Shown here in pieces: positions 56,202 to 64,000 of a stretch of DNA of 64,000 bases. Source of the stretch: a virus (taxonomy: Duplodnaviria; Caudoviricetes); the IMG/VR virus record IMGVR_UViG_3300008113_000479, positions 7,983 through 71,982 of that record, one strand, 5' to 3'. Each line of letters starts with the position of its first letter. Position 1 is the first letter of the stretch. A program made the translations under genes and the position numbers. The notes below the pieces were generated by a model. The model worked only from the letters and a program-made list of their open reading frames with translations, was not told where the DNA came from and searched no databases.

Positions 56202-59200
56202 GAGTATACTCTATTTAACCCCTCTTTTGACTGCATTCTTCTCATTCTTTCCTCTATAGTTCTTGCAACATCGTCTGCTGTTAATTCTGTTCCATTAAGT
56301 GTAACATTTATATTATACAAAGCATTTGATGTAGAAGCATGTCCAGCGTTAGACATATTTACTCGTCCGCCCATACTCATTTTAGGAATACTATATTTTG
56401 TTGCAATTCCGCCTGCTGACATTTTATTAATTCCGTCTAAGAAAGATGTTCCGACTGCTTGTACGGAAGCTGCTCTTATTACATATTCACCGTTTGAAAG
56501 CATTGCTGGAATTGAATCGGAAGTTCCAGTTCCTGGTCCTACCACCACACCTGCTTGAGCATATTTTTTAATAAAGCCACCCATTGCAAGTTTTGTGCCA
56601 TATTGTTTTGCAATTTCTTTAAATTCTTTTGGACTTAAATCTTCGTATACTGCATTTCCTGCAGGATCCATAATATATCTAGATGCACCAGGTGGAGTAT
56701 AAAGTCTTCCTGGCTTTTTGTTAACAGCATCAGCATACCCTCCCCAGCCAGAATTAGGAGTATTATCTGCTGGTCCTGGTCTTCCGCTTCTTGATCCTGC
56801 TCCTCCTCCTGTTGAAACTGGAGCGGGGTCTGTATCATTAACTAACTTATTTCTAATTTCTTGTAAGTAAGTATTAGATTTATCAATTGCTGCTTTAACA
56901 AGAGTGTCTGTACCTTTATTTAAAGCATTCTTTAACTCTAGTCCAACTCCAGATGTTAAATCAAGATTAACTTTTCTTGTTTCCCTATCTTCTCTTACAA
57001 AATTGCTTGCTGATTTTGAAAGTCCAAGATCTTTAATATATTTGTCTCCGCCTTCTGTTTGTTCTAATTTTCTAACTAAATCATTAAGTTGACTTGCGGC
57101 GGTTGCTTCATCTATATTGCCCAAAGAATATTGTTTATATACTGATTGAATTGCTTCATATGTTGGTCTTGATGGGGACTGTGCTGGCTTAGCTGTGCTG
57201 GCAGCATTACTTACAGCAGTTGATTTTTTATTAAGAACGTCTATTTGTGCCTGAAGAGCATCTATTTTTGCTTGTGCTGCTGAATCTATTGCATCCTCTG
57301 CGGTTTTTAATTGTTGTTGGCCAACAAGTCTTTGAATATTAATTTGCGCTTGTGCTGCAGATGACATGTCTCCAGCAGCCAAAGCCATTTGATAACTTAA
57401 TTGTTCTTGCTGTATCTGTAATCTTACATCTTCAATTTGTTGTTGATCTCTTAGTGCTTTCTTTCTTGCATCAGCTTCTTTTTTAATTTGATCTATTTGT
57501 TTATTTTTTAAATCAATTTGTTTTTCAAGATTTTGGATAGCAGTTTTACTTGCAGTAACCTGTTTCTTTTCAAATGCATCAATATCTTTTGCCCATTGAC
57601 CAGTCATTTTATTGCTTTGAGCTTCTTTGCTAGATACGTCTAACAATTTCTTATAATATGAGTCAATTCCTTCTGCCGCTATTGCATATTGCATTAACTG
57701 TGCTTCTGATCCGTCTAATTCTTTATTTACTCCAGCTACAGCTAATCTCCATTTTGCTAAAGCCTTTCCAACCGTATCTGTTCTATCTAATATTCCAGCT
57801 AGTATAGGATCAGTTTTTGATAATTCTACTATTTGATCTTGAGTTATTTGAACATTTGCCTGACCAGATTTAGCAATAAGATCAAACTGTTCTTTTAATG
57901 CTGCGCCCTTATCATTTGATTTTGCTATATAGTCTGACATTGAACTAAATACTTGAAGAATTCCAGCTGCTTTATCTTTGCTAGTCATAAATCCTTCTAG
58001 GGCTTTTAACATAGAAGATATTGCAGTTTTTGCGTCTACTATTCCTTTAACTCCTTCAGATCCTAAAACAGATTGTATAAATCCAGTCTTTCCTGTTTCA
58101 GCCATTAAAGCTGCTATTTTTGTATTTGCTTGTGCGGCAGAATCTCCTGCTGCCACAAATTGTGATTTTAATCCTTCTGCAACTTTACTCAACTTATCAT
58201 TTGGAGTTTGATTAAATAACTTTATTAATTCTGGGTGAGTTGATTTAATTTTTTCTCTTAAATCTGCAAATTCTTTTATAGTTATAGTTAGTCCAGATAT
58301 TCCAGCAGAATTCATTTGAGCATGCAATAATTCTGATGCAGCCCTTGTATTTTCAATATTTTCTTTAACTTGTTTCAATTCTGAATCAAAATCTTTAATA
58401 GGTTTTACTCCGCCAGAAAATGCAAGTCTATTAATTCTTCTTGTTTCTTCTATTTTAGCATTTAGCTTAAGCAATACTGCAGTTGCGCCAACAATTGCTG
58501 CTCCAAATGCTACGTATGGATTTGCCAAAATAGGGCCAAGTCTTCCAGCAATACTAGCTGTTCCAGTAGATGTTTTTCCTAAAACTCCCATTTTAGATAT
58601 AACTTTATCTAAAAGGGCTGGCACGAGCATCATGCCAGCAAAACCCCCAAGTTGTCCACCAAATTTACTTCCTAAAGAATATCCTCCCATAGAGCCAGCC
58701 ATGCCAATTAAATTTCCAGTTAGCATTCCTCTTTGTTTTGGCATTTGCTCGTCTGGTTGCATTTGTGTTGGAGACTGAAGTCCCATTTGTTGAATCAATG
58801 GTGGTTGATTTAATCCAGAAGTATTTAATCCTGGAATTCCATAATTATTTTTTCCACGTCTTACTCTTCCTCCTACTACTCCGCCCATGTTAAGTTTTTG
58901 TAATGCCATTTTTCTTAATGGGTCTGGCGTTTTAGTATGTGCAAATAAATAACCTTGTTTTAAATCTCCCTCTAGGGTTCCAAAATTTATTACTTTACCA
59001 TCTTTATCTCTAATTTTTATTGTTTGAGGGCTAGTAGACGCTCCAGATTTTCCACGTTTTGCTGTATTTGATCCTGTGTGCACTGCAACTGTACTTGAGT
59101 ATTGTTTCCATAAATTCTTTGCATTTGAGTTACCAACTAATTCTTTAGAAAGTATTGAATTTACAACTTTCCAATATTCGTTATTTGTATCCCATACTTT

Positions 59201-62200
59201 ATTTTTACTTAAATAATCAAAATATTTTGCTTCTATTGCATCTCTAATATTTTTAGCTTGTTTTGGATCTACTATTCCATTTTTTGCAAGTGTATCTAAA
59301 AAGTTATCTGCAGATCCTAGATTAACTCCCTTTGGCCTTGCTTTAATTGCAGCTTTAAATAAATCTCCTGGAATCTTATAATTTGTTCCTAAGCTATTAA
59401 TAGTTGTTCTACTTATGACTCCATTTTTATTTACAAGATGTGAATATTTTTTAAGTATTTTTGGATCTGATATGTCTCCAATAAAAACTCCAGCAGTTCC
59501 TTTAGCTTGATAATATCTTTGAGATCCAGAAAATCCAGGAACTAATTTTTTCATTTGATTTGCACTTAATAGTTTAAGTAAGCTTGTTGTAGGTATTCCA
59601 TAATTATTTTGTGATTTAACAACTTTTCCGCCAGCGGCAAATTGATTATTATATGCTTCAAGCATATCCAATTCGTCTGATGTAGGATTTTCAATTAAAA
59701 TTTCTCCAGGGGTAACCATTGCTGGTACCATTCCGCCTTTATTAAATCCTAATAAATTATCAGAAGCTTTTCTATTTAATACAAAAGATCCTTCTGGTAA
59801 GTATTCAAACTGTGTATCTGTTGTGTCTGACCTAGGTCCATCAAATACTCTTCCTCCAGTAGCAAAATTCTTTGGTTTTGTTGTTTCTATAGAATATCCA
59901 GCTCCAGAAGTTCTTACTCCCAAACCTCTTGCAATTTTATCAATTATCTTTGCAACTGGTCTTTCGGGTCTAAATATTTCTCTAATGTTTGCTTTACCTT
60001 TAGCATTTACTATTGGTTGATTAAGCAAAGGAACTTGTGTAACAGCGGCATTTCTGCTAAGGGATGCTGCTACCTGTTGTGTAGTTTGAACCATCATTGT
60101 TTCTATTTGTGTATTTAAAGCAATAATTTTAGCTCTTGCAGCATCTAAAGTTATTTTATTTGCTTGAAGTTCTGCAACAATTTTTGCAGATTGTGCCGCA
60201 GCATTAGATGTTATCTTAGTCATGTGAGGCAATAATTGTGAAAATGTAGCACTTATTTCTGTACTAAAAGTTCCTGTTCTGGCAATTTCTTTTTGTAGAT
60301 CTGCAACTTCTCTCTTTGATAACATAGAAAGTGTTCCCATAAGGGCATGCCATTTTGCCGCTTCGCCAGCAACTATTCCAGTTGAAATTCCCCTAGATGT
60401 TGTTAGGCCTTCAATTCTTGGAAGATCCTTATTCATAAATATTTGAGGAACTGCACCAATGCCTCCGTTTACTGGAATAGCTTGTGGAGTAATTCCATGT
60501 ATAGTTGTAGCATTTCTTTGATTAATAGACATTAGAGATCTTGGATTATGATGTGCCCCAGCTCTTGTTCCCATATCTCCAACTAAGGGATGTTTTGGAT
60601 CAACAATTCTTGGTCCACCTGCAGCAATTATCTGTGTTCCACCTACTGTAGAAACTCCAGGGTTTGTTACAATTCTTGCACTATTTGCATCTGCTGCTAG
60701 TTTTTGATAAGAGGCGGATAATCTATCTACTGCTGTTTTTAATATTTCTGCCGCTTTTGCATCGCTATAAAATGTTTGTTCTACTAAAGATCCAGCTTTA
60801 TTGGCTGCAAGAATTTCTGGAGTTAATAATCTCCATCCTTCTCCACCTTTAAACATAGATCTAAAATGTGAAGCTCCTTTAATTACATATCCAAAGAAGT
60901 TTGCAAGAACACCAGTTAACATAATTAATGGTCCTGCAACTGCTGTTAGTCCTCCAAAAAATGCTAAGATTGTTTTAATTGGTCCAGGAAGTTTATCAAT
61001 AAATTTTAATATTCCACTAACAATATTAATTAAATGAGTATTGATTGTTAAGAATTGTTCTCCTACTTCTGCAAGATCGGCTTTTAATCCTTCTAAAGCT
61101 CTACGATATTTACCAGAAGCAGACTCTGTTACCATACTTAACTCTCGACCTGCAATATTTGCTAGGTCTTCTGAGCTTGCTTTCATTAAATCCATTACCT
61201 GCAAAGTCTGGCTTCCTTGTTTTCCAAGGTTTTCAAATAAAGCATTCATACGAGCAAATTGGAATTTACCAAATAACTGTTCTAATGCTTGTTGTTTTTG
61301 TAATGGGTTTAAAGAGTCTAATGCTGCTTGCAGTGCTAGTAAAGTTTCAGTTGTATTGCCAGCATTTTTTTGTACAATATCTGTTAAGGATATTCCAAAT
61401 CCCGCAAACATTTCTTTTGCAACCTTTGTTGGATTAATTAAAGATGCAAGTCCTGACTTTAATGCGTTAGCTCCTTCTGATGCATTAATTCCACCTTCTC
61501 TCATTGCAGTGAGATAAAGGGCTAAATCTTCTACGCTTCCTCCAAGACCTTTAATAATTGGACCAGCTTTTGGAATTGCTTCTACAAGATCGTTAAGCGT
61601 TGTTGATGTCTGGTTTTCAACTGCGTTTAAAAAGTTAATTGATTCTGCTAACTCGTCTGTATTTTGTTTAAATGCAGATTGAATTGCTAATGTTGCTTTC
61701 ATTGCATCTTGTCTATCAACTTCTCCGAGAACTGCTAATCGGGTTGTTTCTTTAATGGACCCTAATAACTCATTACCCTGTTTGCCAGTGGCAGCAATAT
61801 CTGCACCTAAAGCAATTGTTTCTTTAAATGATGCGCCATAAGATTTTGAAAGTTCTGATGCTGTGTCGGTAACTTGTTTTCTTATCTTTCCTAAATCAGA
61901 AGCAGAGGTTGCAGCAAGTCCTCCGTAAACCTTAGTTAAACGTGTTAATTCTTGATCTGCTTCTCTAAATGCTTTTGCAGATGCTGCTCCAAATGCTGCA
62001 AGCGGTACAGTTAATCCTACTGTTAATTGACGTCCAGCCCACTGTGTATTTTTACCCCAATTAATTAATGAGTTTGCACCTTCTTGAATTACACGATTCA
62101 TAATCTGCAATTCTTGTCTTGCTAAAGCTGTTCTGCTTTTTACCCTATCTAGGCCAGCTGGTATATGCACATTGTACTGCATCAAACCTTCTGCGTTTTT

Positions 62201-62581
62201 GCCAAGAGGTTGTAATATTGCATTTTGTAATTGAACTTGTTGAGTTGCAAGTTGTCTAATTAATCCGCCATTAGTCTTTAAATGACTTTGATATACTTGA
62301 AAAAATTGTTTTAATTTAATTTGGCCTTTATCTAATTGAGTTCCAAATTTTTCTACATCTGATTGTAGGTTTACAAAGTGGCTAGAAAATTGACCAGTGC
62401 TTCTAAGTGTTTCGGCAAAAGAACGATTCATCACAGCAACTTGTGATGATAAATTTTTGTTTGTTGCGTTTAGCTTTGATTGTAAAGTAGTTAAGGCTGA
62501 AGAAACCTTACCGAGATCTGCAATAAGGTTTGAAAAGTCGGACGTAGCGACTATTCGGGTGACTATCTGTTCTTCAGCCAT
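56198..62581 (-). CDS. tape measure protein
   Basis: 2127 aa, Ala-rich helical, TP901-type core, C-terminal GPGTGTSDSIPAMLSNGEYVIRA. Confidence 0.93.
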   Translation of the reverse strand: MAEEQIVTRIVATSDFSNLIADLGKVSSALTTLQSKLNATNKNLSSQVAVMNRSFAETLRSTGQFSSHFVNLQSDVEKFGTQLDKGQIKLKQFFQVYQSHLKTNGGLIRQLATQQVQLQNAILQPLGKNAEGLMQYNVHIPAGLDRVKSRTALARQELQIMNRVIQEGANSLINWGKNTQWAGRQLTVGLTVPLAAFGAASAKAFREADQELTRLTKVYGGLAATSASDLGKIRKQVTDTASELSKSYGASFKETIALGADIAATGKQGNELLGSIKETTRLAVLGEVDRQDAMKATLAIQSAFKQNTDELAESINFLNAVENQTSTTLNDLVEAIPKAGPIIKGLGGSVEDLALYLTAMREGGINASEGANALKSGLASLINPTKVAKEMFAGFGISLTDIVQKNAGNTTETLLALQAALDSLNPLQKQQALEQLFGKFQFARMNALFENLGKQGSQTLQVMDLMKASSEDLANIAGRELSMVTESASGKYRRALEGLKADLAEVGEQFLTINTHLINIVSGILKFIDKLPGPIKTILAFFGGLTAVAGPLIMLTGVLANFFGYVIKGASHFRSMFKGGEGWRLLTPEILAANKAGSLVEQTFYSDAKAAEILKTAVDRLSASYQKLAADANSARIVTNPGVSTVGGTQIIAAGGPRIVDPKHPLVGDMGTRAGAHHNPRSLMSINQRNATTIHGITPQAIPVNGGIGAVPQIFMNKDLPRIEGLTTSRGISTGIVAGEAAKWHALMGTLSMLSKREVADLQKEIARTGTFSTEISATFSQLLPHMTKITSNAAAQSAKIVAELQANKITLDAARAKIIALNTQIETMMVQTTQQVAASLSRNAAVTQVPLLNQPIVNAKGKANIREIFRPERPVAKIIDKIARGLGVRTSGAGYSIETTKPKNFATGGRVFDGPRSDTTDTQFEYLPEGSFVLNRKASDNLLGFNKGGMVPAMVTPGEILIENPTSDELDMLEAYNNQFAAGGKVVKSQNNYGIPTTSLLKLLSANQMKKLVPGFSGSQRYYQAKGTAGVFIGDISDPKILKKYSHLVNKNGVISRTTINSLGTNYKIPGDLFKAAIKARPKGVNLGSADNFLDTLAKNGIVDPKQAKNIRDAIEAKYFDYLSKNKVWDTNNEYWKVVNSILSKELVGNSNAKNLWKQYSSTVAVHTGSNTAKRGKSGASTSPQTIKIRDKDGKVINFGTLEGDLKQGYLFAHTKTPDPLRKMALQKLNMGGVVGGRVRRGKNNYGIPGLNTSGLNQPPLIQQMGLQSPTQMQPDEQMPKQRGMLTGNLIGMAGSMGGYSLGSKFGGQLGGFAGMMLVPALLDKVISKMGVLGKTSTGTASIAGRLGPILANPYVAFGAAIVGATAVLLKLNAKIEETRRINRLAFSGGVKPIKDFDSELKQVKENIENTRAASELLHAQMNSAGISGLTITIKEFADLREKIKSTHPELIKLFNQTPNDKLSKVAEGLKSQFVAAGDSAAQANTKIAALMAETGKTGFIQSVLGSEGVKGIVDAKTAISSMLKALEGFMTSKDKAAGILQVFSSMSDYIAKSNDKGAALKEQFDLIAKSGQANVQITQDQIVELSKTDPILAGILDRTDTVGKALAKWRLAVAGVNKELDGSEAQLMQYAIAAEGIDSYYKKLLDVSSKEAQSNKMTGQWAKDIDAFEKKQVTASKTAIQNLEKQIDLKNKQIDQIKKEADARKKALRDQQQIEDVRLQIQQEQLSYQMALAAGDMSSAAQAQINIQRLVGQQQLKTAEDAIDSAAQAKIDALQAQIDVLNKKSTAVSNAASTAKPAQSPSRPTYEAIQSVYKQYSLGNIDEATAASQLNDLVRKLEQTEGGDKYIKDLGLSKSASNFVREDRETRKVNLDLTSGVGLELKNALNKGTDTLVKAAIDKSNTYLQEIRNKLVNDTDPAPVSTGGGAGSRSGRPGPADNTPNSGWGGYADAVNKKPGRLYTPPGASRYIMDPAGNAVYEDLSPKEFKEIAKQYGTKLAMGGFIKKYAQAGVVVGPGTGTSDSIPAMLSNGEYVIRAASVQAVGTSFLDGINKMSAGGIATKYSIPKMSMGGRVNMSNAGHASTSNALYNINVTLNGTELTADDVARTIEERMRRMQSKEGLNRVYS

Positions 62582-62592
62582 TTACTATAATT

Positions 62593-63251
62593 TTACTCCT
62601 TAGAGTATCCTAAACCTGCTCCTATTCCGAATCCAGCTTCTGAAGCAAAACTGCCTTGTAGTGATAATACATCGTCACCTTTTGCATTTACTCCAAGTGC
62701 CTTTCTTCGAATATCATCAAAGGTAGGACCTTCTTTTTCTTCTTCGCTATTTAAGTTTACTCCCTGAAGTGATGCTAGGAATTTTCTTTTTTCATCTTCA
62801 GTTTTTTGCATTGACTTAAATGTTTGTATCAGTTCTGGCATTGAGAGGCTTTCTTCTAGTTCTTCGTAATTTTTCCAATTACCTAAAAGAAAAACTTCTC
62901 CTAACAAAGCGGCTAAATCGAGTTCTGCCCAGCCAGAACCGCTGCCGCTAGAAGGTTTGGGTCGTCAAGTTTTATTCCACCACATACTTCTAGAATGCGA
63001 TTAATGGTTGGCATATCTAATGCCTCTTCTAATTTATCTTTATCTGCTACTAATTCTGGCACCTGAGACTCAATTGCAATTCCACATGCTGTAATTAGAA
63101 TTGTAAGAGTTTCATCTTCGCCAGAAGAATTTTCTGTCTTTTTGATTTCTGTCATGAACTTTCTTAAGGCTTTGATAGTCAATGGTTTTAGCTTAACCTT
63201 TGAGCCATTTTGAAGTTCAATTTCTTCTACGTCGTATACTGTTGTAGCCAA
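62593..63251 (-). CDS. tail assembly chaperone G (62913..63251) and -1 frameshift product GT (extending to 62593)
   Basis: Lies between the major tail and tape measure genes; slippery C CCA AAC at 62961-62955; the -1 frame reads GSGWAELDLAALLGEVF. Confidence 0.85.
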
Positions 63252-63306
63252 TTTATCCTCCTAGGATTGTCTTAATTATTATAACATAATGGTATTATCA
63301 CCACAA

Positions 63307-63340
63307 ATAGAAAGACCCCCAAATTAATGGGGGCTTCTAT
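63307..63340 (-). terminator. intrinsic terminator after the major tail gene
   Basis: AGAAGCCCCCA-loop-TGGGGGTCTTTCTATTT. Confidence 0.7.
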
Positions 63341-63358
63341 AATTTAAATTAATTAAAT

Positions 63359-64000
63359 TTATGCTGTCAATACACGGTCAATAATCTTGCCGTATTCTGA
63401 GCCAGAGTAGTTAGCATCTGGTAGAAGACGGAATGTTACTGGGAACGTGGTTGGAGTTGTACGAGCAAGTGAGAATTGTGACTGTTGTACAGACAATACT
63501 CGACGTGCATAATATACACGCTCTGTTGCTGTTGCACTAGCAGTTGGAGCTTGTCCTACTGCAATTAGCTGACGCTCTGTTGGAGCTGCACCAAGTGCAC
63601 CTGCTTCTAGACCTAACTCTTTCTTGTTTGACTGTCCAGTCAAACCATTGTCTGATAGTGATGATGCTGATTGTCCGAATACTGCTACGATATTTTCTAG
63701 AGTACCTTCTGACATTTCTGTTGCAATCATAACCTCCATTGCAGATTTGAACAGCTTAGCTGTATCTAGCAATTGGTCAACAGTTACTGAATCGTATGTT
63801 GGATTGTAAGTGATTTGAAGACCGTTGTTAGTAAAACCAACGTTACGATATCCAAACTTACCTTCTTCCTGATTTACTGCATTTAGTGAAGTTGTGTATG
63901 ATACACCTGTTGCGAAAGCTGGAATTGCTACATTGCCTGAACCTGATGCAATTGCTACGCCTGCTTCTGCGTTAGCGATATAATCTGAGTCGTTTACGTC
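63359..64000 (-). CDS. major tail protein (5' end lies outside the window)
   Basis: Frame open to the window edge; NVGFTNNGLQITYNPT..VTVDQ, FPVTFRLLPD. Confidence 0.85.
   Translation of the reverse strand, partial: DVNDSDYIANAEAGVAIASGSGNVAIPAFATGVSYTTSLNAVNQEEGKFGYRNVGFTNNGLQITYNPTYDSVTVDQLLDTAKLFKSAMEVMIATEMSEGTLENIVAVFGQSASSLSDNGLTGQSNKKELGLEAGALGAAPTERQLIAVGQAPTASATATERVYYARRVLSVQQSQFSLARTTPTTFPVTFRLLPDANYSGSEYGKIIDRVLTA

Noticed and set aside
557-63809. Plus-strand ORFs in the supplied track
   Set aside because: They lie antisense to well-supported minus-strand genes and lack recognisable motifs.
1-64000. Stop-codon reassignment suggested by split genes
   Set aside because: Long genes translate cleanly with the standard code and all three stops are used; the breaks are frameshifts, not in-frame stops.

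Overview
A 64-kb segment of a large, AT-rich (roughly 30-33% GC by eye) tailed dsDNA phage. Essentially all genes are on the minus strand; the plus-strand ORFs in the track are antisense shadows. WhiB, DnaE-type replication, an Ntn/proteasome-like protease and a terminase placed among the replication genes suggest an actinobacteriophage, plausibly of a low-GC freshwater actinobacterium (inference). In transcription order (right to left): major tail protein, tail chaperones with a -1 frameshift, 2127-aa tape measure, tail tip and fibre genes, replication/recombination (DnaB, primase, SSB, DnaE, RecA, Cas4-like nuclease, RuvC), GT2 and nucleotidyltransferase, terminase, tRNA(CAT), an SGNH-carbamoyltransferase-SGNH cassette, Hsp20, lysis and exported proteins, then an oxygenase array ending in katG and an HNH gene. 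Highlights: (1) ten Fe(II)/2OG-type oxygenases, two of them in the same cassette as a fibre with (VTPA)n repeats, a candidate virion-modification system; (2) a compact phage KatG; (3) a repeat-bounded cargo module in the tape measure; (4) a candidate pseudoknot ncRNA and a ROSE-like thermometer; (5) lesions that look like internal deletions, including loss of the DnaE catalytic core, which may be assembly artefacts. All calls come from motif reading only; no searches were run.
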